Assembly: GCA_964589215.1 (NCBI GenBank)
Contig: CAZPUH010000758.1
Span: forward strand, 1 to 46,135
Origin: an uncultured Myxococcales bacterium
GTDB lineage: Bacteria; Myxococcota_A; Polyangia; Fen-1088
DNA: 46,135 nucleotides
Direction: 5' to 3'
Shown here: positions 35,050-45,617 of the stretch, in pieces
Layout of the letters: each line of letters opens with the position of its first letter
Numbering within the stretch: position 1 is the stretch's first letter
Program-made: the position numbers and the translations under genes
Notes under the pieces: generated by a model
The model's database searches: none
Seen by the model: only the letters and a program-made list of their open reading frames with translations
What the model was told of the DNA's origin: nothing

Positions 35050-35421
35050 CTACTTCCCTTCGAGCTCCTTGGCTCGCATCTCGTGATAGTCGGCCGCCTT
35101 TTGGTAGTCGGCGGCCAGCTTGTCGGCGTCGCGCGCGATCGCCATGCAGTGCTTCTGCATCTTCTCGTTCCAGGGATTCTTCATCCCGCCTTTCATGTCC
35201 GGGTGTGCCTTGCCGTACTCGGCTGCCATAGCCCGGTGCTCGTCCGCGACCTTCTTCGCGTCCGTCGCCTTGTCCTTGTAGGCCTTGGCACGCTCCTGTT
35301 GCCCGGCCGCCGTTGTTGCCGGCTGATCCGGCTCGCCTGCGTACGACGCCGTCGCGGTCAGTGCGAATGCTCCAAAAGCGATCGTCGCCAGAATGATTCG
35401 GGCCTTCCGTGCGAGCTTCAT
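35050..35421 (-). CDS. secreted His/Met-rich helical protein, paralog 2 (uncharacterised family)
   Basis: 123 aa from the ATG preceded by GAGGAGAG. Signal IILATIAFGAFALTATASYA. Conserved blocks are shared with paralog 1, plus HPDMKGGMKNPWNEKM. Confidence 0.75.
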   Translation of the reverse strand: MKLARKARIILATIAFGAFALTATASYAGEPDQPATTAAGQQERAKAYKDKATDAKKVADEHRAMAAEYGKAHPDMKGGMKNPWNEKMQKHCMAIARDADKLAADYQKAADYHEMRAKELEGK

Positions 35422-35480
35422 CACTTCTCTCCTCTTGCCATCGAACTGTCGTGGGGTGCCCGGCGCGACCATCGCTCCGG

Positions 35481-35497
35481 ATACGGAACGGGGGTAT
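35481..35497. promoter_or_regulatory. candidate CsoR-family operator: ATAC-N9-GTAT containing a G5 tract
   Basis: ATACGGAACGGGGGTAT, read directly, about 60 nt upstream of the paralog 2 start. It is embedded in a GGAACG...CGTTCC inverted repeat. Confidence 0.3.
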
Positions 35498-35757
35498 GCA
35501 GTAGCCGTTCCAACCGCTCGTGCGCGAGGGGACAGCGCTCGGATTCACCTACGAGCTGCGACTGACGCTCGCCCGCAGGGCGACGGGCTGTGACCGGCGC
35601 GGGCACAGTCAGCGGCAGTTCATGCGCGACTCTCGAATCTCCGCGCACGATTTACGAGGTCGATCGATGCCGCCGCCTGCAAGTTGTGAGGCACGTGGCT
35701 TGCGTTCATCCGCGTACCTAACCCTGGTAGTCCCCCCGCGAGCTAAGGCGGTGTACC

Positions 35758-36033
35758 GTGAATGCACGCGACAAGGCTGACGTCAGCGCCAGGCTGAAAC
35801 GAATTGCCGGACAGATCGCCGGTATCCATCGGATGCTGGACGAGGATCGGTCGCTGCTCGACGTCCTCACTCAGTTGAGCGCCGCTCGCGCCGCGATCGC
35901 GAGCGCGTCACATATCGTTCTCGCCTCCCACGTCGAGGAGCGAGCGACCGAAGCTCTTGAGAGTCCGAGCGTCCGAGAACGTCGCGAGCTCGTGACCGAG
36001 ATCGTGCGCCTCCTGGAGAAGCGAGACCTGTGA
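35758..36033 (+). CDS. CsoR/RcnR/FrmR-family (DUF156) transcriptional repressor, cysteine-free variant
   Basis: 91 aa with a GTG start after AAGGCGG. The family pattern is RLKRIAGQIAGIHRMLDEDRSLLDVLTQLSAARAAIASASHIVLASHVEE. There is no Cys anywhere in the protein. Confidence 0.8.
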   Translation: MNARDKADVSARLKRIAGQIAGIHRMLDEDRSLLDVLTQLSAARAAIASASHIVLASHVEERATEALESPSVRERRELVTEIVRLLEKRDL

Positions 36034-36071
36034 CCGGGCACGCCTCGGCAGCTCCGCAGGATTTGCGCGAT

Positions 36072-36107
36072 CTTCTAGAAGCGATGGTGTAACTGCCGAA
36101 GTTACAC
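36072..36107. promoter_or_regulatory. two adjacent perfect palindromes upstream of cusC: CTTCTAGAAG and GTGTAACT-N5-AGTTACAC
   Basis: Read directly at 36072-36081 and 36087-36107. This is a locally AT-richer stretch in the csoR-like/cusC intergenic region. Confidence 0.3.
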
Positions 36108-36196
36108 GGAGCCCTTTACTCGGGCGAACCGCATTGTTTGCGCGAGCCCCTCGTTCGGGCGCCCGACTGGCGCGCAAGTTGCTCCATGAGAAAACG

Positions 36197-37477
36197 ATGA
36201 CGCTCGCTCTCCGCCGCTTGCTGCTGGTGCTCGCGTTGCCGGTCATGGCAGCGCCCGCGTGGGCGCATGCCCAGGCTTCCACGAGCCTGCAGCCGCTGGT
36301 CGACGAGGCGCTCCACCGCCAGCCCGCGATACGCGTGGCGGAGCGCATGGCGGATGCGGCAGCGGACGCCGTGTCGCGCGAAGGGGCGCTTCCCGATCCA
36401 ATGGTGTCGGTCGGGGCCGTGAACCTTCGCGTGGACAGCCCCCGTCTCAACTCTGACTCGATGAGCGGGATCGCGCTCATGGCCACGCAGGACTTTCCGT
36501 TCCCAGGGAAGCTGGGACGCCGAGGTGCCGTCGCGAGCGCGAACGCCGACGCGGCCAGGACCGACGCACGGGTGGCGGCGGTTGGTATCGCCCTACGCGT
36601 GCGGCAGGCGTACTGGCGTCTCCATTATGCCGAGGAGGCGGAGCGGATCACGGGCGAAGGGGTCGCCATTCTCGATCATTTGCTCGAGATCTCACGGGCG
36701 CGCTTCTCGGTTGGCCAGGCGGCCCAACAGGACGTGCTGTCGGCCGAGGTCGCCAAGAGTCGTGCCCTTGCGATGCTGGAAGAGCGTAAGCAGATGATCG
36801 TGACGGCACGGCGCGAGCTCAACGGCGCCATCGGACGGCCACCCGAGAGTACCCTTGGACCGACAGAGGCCCCGCCCGACCAAGTGGCGCTGGATCGCCC
36901 CGCGCTGCTCGGCGCGGCATCGCGCGCCAGCCCCGACGTGCTCGCGGCGCTCGCGCGGATGACGGCCGCCGCGCGCGCCGTGGACGAGGCCTCGTACGAC
37001 CGGTGGCCGGACCTGCAGGTCGTCGGCGGCTACATGATCCGGGCTGTGGTGCCCGGCGATTCGTCGAGCGGAAGCGACATGTTCAGCGTCAGCGTCGGTG
37101 TCACGCTGCCCCTTTGGATCGCGCGCAAGCAGAACGCGCGTCTCCGCGAGACTCGGCAGAACCTGTCCGCGGCCCAGGCGAACGTGGAGGCGGCGTCTCT
37201 GAACACAGCTACCGCGGAACAGAGCACTCTTGACGTCGTCGAGCGGCTCACCCGCGAGATCGCTCTCTTCGAAGCCGAGGTGGCACCGAACGCGGAGCGG
37301 TCGGTCGCCAGCGGCACCGCCGAGTATCAGGTCGGAAAGACGGCGTTCGTCGCGTTGCTGGCCAGCTGGCAAGCCCTCCTCGACGCCCAGATCGATATTG
37401 CGAGGCTCCGTTCGGAGAGGGCGCAAGCCGTCGCCGAGGCCCGTGCACTGTCGGGCGCGCCGGACGCCGGCCCATGA
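36197..37477 (+). CDS. cusC: TolC-family outer membrane efflux protein (CusC-like)
   Basis: Signal MTLALRRLLLVLALPVMAAPAWAHA. It has OMF repeat architecture and is the first gene of the OMF-MFP-RND triplet. Confidence 0.85.
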   Translation: MTLALRRLLLVLALPVMAAPAWAHAQASTSLQPLVDEALHRQPAIRVAERMADAAADAVSREGALPDPMVSVGAVNLRVDSPRLNSDSMSGIALMATQDFPFPGKLGRRGAVASANADAARTDARVAAVGIALRVRQAYWRLHYAEEAERITGEGVAILDHLLEISRARFSVGQAAQQDVLSAEVAKSRALAMLEERKQMIVTARRELNGAIGRPPESTLGPTEAPPDQVALDRPALLGAASRASPDVLAALARMTAAARAVDEASYDRWPDLQVVGGYMIRAVVPGDSSSGSDMFSVSVGVTLPLWIARKQNARLRETRQNLSAAQANVEAASLNTATAEQSTLDVVERLTREIALFEAEVAPNAERSVASGTAEYQVGKTAFVALLASWQALLDAQIDIARLRSERAQAVAEARALSGAPDAGP

Positions 37478-37502
37478 GCCCCGAGCGACGGAGTGAAGGA
37501 CC

Positions 37503-38903
37503 ATGACGACCATGACAAAGACGAACAGCAACTCTTTCTCGGACTTGCTCACCTGGGGCCGGGGCCACCGGGCAGGTGCGGCCTTGCTGGTCGGGCTGCT
37601 CACTGCCGCGGGGATTCTGATAGGGATCGTCGGGACGCGCGTCTTCTTCGCCACGGCGACGCACACGGCCGCGAGCGTGACGACGGAGAAGCCGGCATCC
37701 TCTGCCTTGGCCACCCCAGAGACGGAGGCCTCGCCCAAGGCCGTCGTGCGGGTTCGCATCACGCCCGAGCGCCAGCAGCTCATCGGGGTTCGAACGGCGG
37801 TGGTCGGCACGGTGGCGCCGGAGAGCACGATCCGCACCGTCGGCGTGCTCGCGTATGACGAGAGGAGGGTGGCCGAGATCCACGCCAAAGTGGCGGGCTG
37901 GGTCGAGAAGGTCAACGTCGACTATGTCGGCAAGGCGGTCCGTAAGAACGAGCCTCTGCTGTCGATCTACAGCCCGGACCTGGTTGCCGCCCAGCTTGAC
38001 TACCTGGTCGCGATCAAGACCGGCGCCAAGTCAGCTGACTCGGCATCTTCCCTGCACCGTCTCGATCACTCGCTCGTCGATGCCAGCCGCACACGTCTCA
38101 AGCTGCTCGATATGACGGACGCCCAGATTGCGACGCTCGAGCGCACGCAGCAAGCCGCGAAGACGGTCACGCTGTACTCGCCCTTTTCGGGCGTGGTCGT
38201 CGAGCGCAAGGCATTCGCGGGCCAGTACATCCCGCCCGACATGGCCACCGTCAAGATCGCCGACCTCTCGACAATCTGGGCTATCGGCCAGGTCTACGAG
38301 TACGAGCTCGGCAAGGTTCGTGTCGGCCAGGACGCAGATGTCCAGTTTCCGTACGGCGAGACCAAGCCCGTCAAAGGGCGCGTGAGCTTCGTCTACCCGG
38401 ATATCGATCCCCACACGCGCACGGCCCGGGTGCGGGTGGAGTTCCGTAACCCTGGCGTCAAGTTCAAGCCCGAGTCGTTCGTGACGATCGTCCTTCATAC
38501 GGCCGGCACGTCACAGCTAGCCGTCCCGCGAGAGGCCGTCATCGATACGGGGGCGCGGCAGTACGTGTTGATGTCGCTGCCTGACGGGTTCTTCGAGCCC
38601 CGCGACGTCAACGTCGGGGAAACCCAGGGGGACGTCATCCCGGTGTTCACCGGCCTGCGCGTGGGCGAGCGCGTCGTCACCTCAGCCCAATTCTTGATCG
38701 ACTCCGAGACCAACCTGCAAGCGGCGATGCAGTCGATGTCCGCGACGATGCCGGGGATGAAGATGGAGGGCCAAGGCGCCGGCGACATGAAGGGGATGGA
38801 CACGAAAGGGGGCGGTCACGAGAAGGCCGGCGGCGGTGCGCAGGAAGACATGAAGGGGATGGACATGCCCTCGCAGCCGCCACCGGCATCGGAGCGGCGA
38901 TGA
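37503..38903 (+). CDS. cusB: RND periplasmic adaptor (CusB-like) with a Met/Gly-rich C-terminal tail
   Basis: HlyD-type motifs (IHAKVAGWVEKVNVDYVGKAVRKNEPLLSIYSPDL, VTLYSPFSGVVVER). The tail is MQSMSATMPGMKMEGQGAGDMKGMDTKGGGHEKAGGGAQEDMKGMDMP. ATGA overlap with cusA. Confidence 0.85.
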   Translation: MTTMTKTNSNSFSDLLTWGRGHRAGAALLVGLLTAAGILIGIVGTRVFFATATHTAASVTTEKPASSALATPETEASPKAVVRVRITPERQQLIGVRTAVVGTVAPESTIRTVGVLAYDERRVAEIHAKVAGWVEKVNVDYVGKAVRKNEPLLSIYSPDLVAAQLDYLVAIKTGAKSADSASSLHRLDHSLVDASRTRLKLLDMTDAQIATLERTQQAAKTVTLYSPFSGVVVERKAFAGQYIPPDMATVKIADLSTIWAIGQVYEYELGKVRVGQDADVQFPYGETKPVKGRVSFVYPDIDPHTRTARVRVEFRNPGVKFKPESFVTIVLHTAGTSQLAVPREAVIDTGARQYVLMSLPDGFFEPRDVNVGETQGDVIPVFTGLRVGERVVTSAQFLIDSETNLQAAMQSMSATMPGMKMEGQGAGDMKGMDTKGGGHEKAGGGAQEDMKGMDMPSQPPPASERR

Positions 38904-41900
38904 TCAAGAAGCTGATCGCGTTCTCGGCGCGCAACCCGTTCGTGGTCGTCCTGATGATGGTGATCATCCTGGGCGCCGGCGTGTGGGCCATCCGGCACAC
39001 GCCCATCGACGCGATCCCCGATCTTTCGGATGTCCAGGTCATCGTAACGACGAACTGGGAGGGCCGCAGCCCGACTCTCGTTGAGGACCAGGTCACTTAC
39101 CCGATCGTCACCGCGCTCCTCTCGGCGCCGCGCGTGAAGGTGGTCCGTGGCTTCTCGTACTTCGACATCTCTTTCGTCTACGTCATCTTCGAGGACGGCA
39201 CCGATCAGTACTGGGCGCGATCGCGGGTGCTCGAGTACCTGAATGGCCTCCAGGGCAGGCTCCCTCCGAACGCGCAACCGGTGCTCGGCCCGGACGCGAC
39301 CGGGGTTGGCTGGGGCTTCGAGTACGCCCTCGTGGACAAGACCGGGAAGCACGACCTCGCGGAGCTTCGGACGCTCAACGATTGGTACGTGCGCTACTGG
39401 CTGCGGTCCATCACCGGGGTCGCCGACGTGGCACCGGTGGGTGGCTTCGTGAAGCAGTACCAGATCGAGGTCGATCCCAACGCGCTCCTCGCCTTCAACG
39501 TCCCGATCGACCGAGTGGTCGCCTCGGTCCGCAAGAGCAACAACGACGTGGGCGGGCGCGTCGTCGAATGGACCGGTCACGAGTACATGGTGCGTGGCGA
39601 GGGCTATCTGAAGAGCGTCGCCGACATAGAGCAGATTGGGCTCGGGGCCAAGCCCGACGGAACGCCCATCTTGGTGAGGAATGTGGCCCGCGTCCACCTC
39701 GGTCCGGAGATGCGCCGGGGCGTCTCAGAGCTGAATGGCGACGGGGACGCCGCCGGCGGGATCGTCGTCATCCGCTCCGGCGTCGACACCTATGGCGTCC
39801 TTGCGGCGATCAAGAAGGCGATCGCCGACAAGATCCAGCCGTCACTGCCAGAGGGAGTGAAGCTGGTCACGACCTACGACCGGTCCGAGCTCATCGAACG
39901 ATCGATCGAGACGCTGAAGTCCAAGCTGATCGAGGAGATGGCGATCGTGTCGCTCGTCTGCGTCGTCTTCCTGTGGCACTTCCGGAGCGCCCTCGTGGCG
40001 ATCCTGACTTTGCCGCTCTCGATCCTGCTCGCGTTCGTGGCGATGCGGTTCGTGGGGCTCGGCTCGAACATCATGAGCCTGGGCGGAATCGCGATCGCCA
40101 TAGGAGCCATGATCGACGCCGCGATCATCATGATCGAGAACGCCCACAAACACATCGAACACGAGCAGGCGGCCGATGGGAAGTCCCGGCGAGAAATTCT
40201 GATCGAGGCGGCGCAAGAGGTCGGGCGCCCACTCTTCTTCTCATTGTTGATCATCACGGTGTCCTTCCTCCCGATATTCACGCTCGAAGCGCAGGAAGGG
40301 CGCCTCTTTCGGCCGCTGGCGTTCACCAAGACCTTCTCCATGGGCTTCGCCGCGCTGACGTCGGTCCTCATCGTCCCGTTTCTGATGGTCCTTTTCATCC
40401 GCGGCCGCATCACGCGCGAGGACAGAAACCCCATCAACCGACTGCTCATCTGGGCCTATCACCCATTCGTGAAGCTCGTTCTGCGGCATCGGGCGCTGAC
40501 GCTCCTGGCAGCCGCGCTGCTCCTCGCTAGCACCGGGCCGATCATCATGAAGCTCGGCTCCGAATTCATGCCGCCACTCTACGAGGGGACGCTCCTCTAC
40601 ATGCCGCTGACCCTGCCGGGCGCGTCGGTACAGACGGCGCAGCAGATCCTTGCGCTGCAAGACAAGCTCATCGGAGAGGTTCCCGAGGTGCAGTCGGTGT
40701 TCGGCAAGGCGGGCCGCGCCGAGACGGCCACGGACCCCGCGCCTCTCGAGATGATCGAGACGGTCATCAACCTCAAGCCCGAGACGGCTTGGCGCCCTGG
40801 GATGACGCCCGACAAGGTAATCGCCGAGCTCGACAAGCGCGTTCGCGTGCCCGGGGTGGCGAACGCCTGGACGATGCCGATCAAGGCGCGGGTCGACATG
40901 CTATCTACCGGGATCAGAACACCCGTCGGCATCAAGATCTTCGGCCCGACGTTGGAGAAGATCAACGACATCGGAGCGCAGATTGAAGGAGCGCTCGGGG
41001 CGGTGCGCGGTACGCGGAACGTCTTCTCGGAGCGTGTCACGGGCGGCTACTACGTCGACTTCAAGGTCAAGCGCGACCAGATAGCGCGATACGGCCTTAC
41101 GGTCGAGGACGTCGAGATGGTGATCGAGTCGGCGATCGGGGGCGCGAACGTCACGACCACGATCGAGGGACGGGAGCGCTACCCGGTCAACGTCCGTTAT
41201 CAACGGACTTACCGCACCGACGTCGGTGCGCTCAAGCGGACGCTCATCGCAGCGGGTGACGGAACGCAGATCCCGCTGGAGCAGGTCGCCGACATCAGCG
41301 TGAGCACGGGCCCGACCGTCATCCGGACAGAGCAGGCGCAACTGCTCGGCTACGTCTACGTCGACGTCGCCGACCGAGACATCGGGGGCTACGTGACGGA
41401 TGCCAAGGAGGTCGTCGCGCGGATGGTGAAGCTTCCGCCGGGCTACACGCTCGAGTGGAGCGGCCAGTACGAGTACATGCAGCGCGCGAAGGAGCGCCTC
41501 AAGGTCGTCATCCCGATCACGCTTCTGGCGGTCATCGTCCTCCTCTACTTCAACACCCGCAACGTGACCAAGATCTGCATCGTCCTCCTCGCGGTGCCGT
41601 TCTCGCTAGTGGGCGCGTTCTGGGTCGTTTACCTGCTCGGCTACAACCTCTCCGTTGCGGTCTGGGTCGGGTTCATCGCGCTCGCCGGGGTCGACGCGGA
41701 GACGGGGGTGGTGATGCTGCTCTACCTCGACGCCGCTTACGACAGGGCGAAGGCGGAAGGGCGAATGAACACCCTGAGTGACCTCCAGCTCGCCGTGGAG
41801 GACGGTGCGGTCAAGCGGATCCGGCCGAAGATGATGACGGTGATGGCGATCTTGATGGGTCTCCTCCCGATCATGTGGAGCCGTGGCGCGGGCGCAGACG

Positions 41901-42052
41901 TCATGAAGCGGATCGCGGCGCCCATGGTGGGGGGGGTCGTGACCTCCTTCATCCTGGAGCTGCTCATCTACCCGGTGATCTTCACGATCTGGAAGAAGCG
42001 CGAGGTGCTCGCGCGGCGCGACACGCCTCGGCTTCTGGGAGAAGATCGATGA
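38900..42052 (+). CDS. cusA: Cu(I)/Ag(I) efflux RND transporter, CusA type
   Basis: 1050 aa. The TM4 motif GGIAIAIGAMIDAAIIMIENAH is CusA-type. The methionine-triad contexts LLYMPLT, PLEMIETVINLKP and RVDMLSTGIRTPVGIKI parallel E. coli CusA M573/M623/M672. Confidence 0.9.
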   Translation: MIKKLIAFSARNPFVVVLMMVIILGAGVWAIRHTPIDAIPDLSDVQVIVTTNWEGRSPTLVEDQVTYPIVTALLSAPRVKVVRGFSYFDISFVYVIFEDGTDQYWARSRVLEYLNGLQGRLPPNAQPVLGPDATGVGWGFEYALVDKTGKHDLAELRTLNDWYVRYWLRSITGVADVAPVGGFVKQYQIEVDPNALLAFNVPIDRVVASVRKSNNDVGGRVVEWTGHEYMVRGEGYLKSVADIEQIGLGAKPDGTPILVRNVARVHLGPEMRRGVSELNGDGDAAGGIVVIRSGVDTYGVLAAIKKAIADKIQPSLPEGVKLVTTYDRSELIERSIETLKSKLIEEMAIVSLVCVVFLWHFRSALVAILTLPLSILLAFVAMRFVGLGSNIMSLGGIAIAIGAMIDAAIIMIENAHKHIEHEQAADGKSRREILIEAAQEVGRPLFFSLLIITVSFLPIFTLEAQEGRLFRPLAFTKTFSMGFAALTSVLIVPFLMVLFIRGRITREDRNPINRLLIWAYHPFVKLVLRHRALTLLAAALLLASTGPIIMKLGSEFMPPLYEGTLLYMPLTLPGASVQTAQQILALQDKLIGEVPEVQSVFGKAGRAETATDPAPLEMIETVINLKPETAWRPGMTPDKVIAELDKRVRVPGVANAWTMPIKARVDMLSTGIRTPVGIKIFGPTLEKINDIGAQIEGALGAVRGTRNVFSERVTGGYYVDFKVKRDQIARYGLTVEDVEMVIESAIGGANVTTTIEGRERYPVNVRYQRTYRTDVGALKRTLIAAGDGTQIPLEQVADISVSTGPTVIRTEQAQLLGYVYVDVADRDIGGYVTDAKEVVARMVKLPPGYTLEWSGQYEYMQRAKERLKVVIPITLLAVIVLLYFNTRNVTKICIVLLAVPFSLVGAFWVVYLLGYNLSVAVWVGFIALAGVDAETGVVMLLYLDAAYDRAKAEGRMNTLSDLQLAVEDGAVKRIRPKMMTVMAILMGLLPIMWSRGAGADVMKRIAAPMVGGVVTSFILELLIYPVIFTIWKKREVLARRDTPRLLGEDR

Positions 42053-42066
42053 GCACGCGCGCCGGC

Positions 42067-44390
<2,324 letters not shown>

Positions 44391-44394
<4 letters not shown>

Positions 44395-44669
44395 CCGAGC
44401 GGCGACCCGACAGTGAGCTGCACAAGGCCGTAGAACGCCGGCGGACCCGGCGCGAGAAGTGGAACCGCGAAGGCGAGCGCCCCCTGGGGCGCAACCTCGC
44501 TCTGGTCGGGCTCGGCTGGCTGATCGTGGTCCCGGCCCTCCTGGGGGCTCTCATCGGTCACATCATCGACGCGCATGCGGCGACCGGCGTCGCATTTACG
44601 TTCGCGCTCATTGTCGCGGGCCTGGGGCTCGGATCGTGGCTGGCCTGGACCCACGTGAGGCGGTCGTGA
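44391..44669 (+). CDS. atpQ: AtpQ (AtpI/AtpZ-like small membrane subunit of N-ATPase)
   Basis: 92 aa. Charged N-terminus, then two TM helices (LALVGLGWLIVVPALLGALIG; FTFALIVAGLGLGSWLAW). The position after atpC is diagnostic of N-ATPase operons. Confidence 0.7.
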
Positions 44670-44941
44670 CTCACGCGATCGTTATCGTGCCAGTGTTCGT
44701 TGGCTTCGGGCTTGTCCTCGGCGTCGCGCACTTCGGCTCGCTCGCCAGTGAGGTTCGGCGGTATGTGCGTGGGGGGGCGCGCGCCCACATCGTTGCCCTG
44801 CATGTCGCGCGAATGCTGGCCCTGGCCGGTGTCTGGGTGCTCATCGCCAGGTTCGGCCGCGCGCCCGGCCTACTCGCGGCATTCGTCGGTTTCCTCGTCG
44901 CTCGCCGGGTGGTCGTCGCGCGCGGGAACAGGGCGCTGTGA
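44666..44941 (+). CDS. atpR: AtpR (N-ATPase-specific membrane subunit)
   Basis: 91 aa. GTG start overlapping the atpQ stop (GTGA). Three hydrophobic helices with Arg residues (VARMLALAGVWVLIARFG), positioned between atpQ and atpB. Confidence 0.65.
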   Translation: MTHAIVIVPVFVGFGLVLGVAHFGSLASEVRRYVRGGARAHIVALHVARMLALAGVWVLIARFGRAPGLLAAFVGFLVARRVVVARGNRAL

Positions 44942-45615
44942 ACCCCCAGTCCTCCCCGCTCCAGACCGAGGTCCTGTTTCGCATCGGCGCGATCCCGGTC
45001 GCGCGTCCGGTCGTCACCACATCGGTCATCGTTCTCGTGCTGGGCGTCGGGAGCTGGGCGAGCACCCGTCGCTTGCGCCCCGTGCCCGGCCGCTGGCAGG
45101 CGGTGTTGGAAGCGGTCGTCACCTGGGTGGCCGACCAGATCAGCGAGATCGTGCGCCGGGACCCGGCGCCGTTCCTACCGTTGCTTGGCACGCTGTTCTT
45201 GTTCATCGCGGCCGCGAACCTCTCCGCGGTGCTCCCGGGGGTCAAGTCGCCCACCGCGAGCATCGAAACGCCCGCGGCCCTCGCCATCGTCGTTTTCTTG
45301 TCTACGCACATCTACGGCATCTGGCAGCAGGGTGCGCGGCGCTATTTCGGCGCGTTCCTCAAGCCCAACCCGCTCCTGCTCCCCCTCAATATCGTCGCCG
45401 AGATCACCCGCACCTTCTCCCTGATGGTGCGCCTGTTCGGAAACATGATGAGTCACGAACTGGTGGTTGGCATCGTCGCCAGCATCGCCGGGCTCCTCGT
45501 GCCGATCCCGTTCCTCGCGCTGGGCATCCTCGTCGGGCTCATCCAGGCCTACATCTTCTCGATCCTCGCAACCGTGTTCATCGGCGCCGCTGTTGGCGCC
45601 GTGGAGAAAGGATAG
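44938..45615 (+). CDS. atpB: ATPase a subunit
   Basis: 225 aa. The conserved stator Arg region is ITRTFSLMVRLFGNMMSHELV and the C-terminal helix is LIQAYIFSILATVFIG. Confidence 0.88.
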   Translation: MNPQSSPLQTEVLFRIGAIPVARPVVTTSVIVLVLGVGSWASTRRLRPVPGRWQAVLEAVVTWVADQISEIVRRDPAPFLPLLGTLFLFIAAANLSAVLPGVKSPTASIETPAALAIVVFLSTHIYGIWQQGARRYFGAFLKPNPLLLPLNIVAEITRTFSLMVRLFGNMMSHELVVGIVASIAGLLVPIPFLALGILVGLIQAYIFSILATVFIGAAVGAVEKG

Positions 45616-45617
45616 TC

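Noticed and set aside
41929-41936. G8 run inside cusA (MVGGVV). Similar C7/G7 runs occur at about 23505 and 44773.
   Set aside because: These are shorter than the G10 tract and lie in essential conserved coding contexts. They are most likely just Gly/Pro codon runs in GC-rich DNA.
44700-45617. First 306 codons of the 395-aa track ORF 44700-45887
   Set aside because: This is an off-frame read-through of atpR and atpB (R/G/P-rich). Only the last 90 codons, from the ATG at 45618, correspond to the c subunit.
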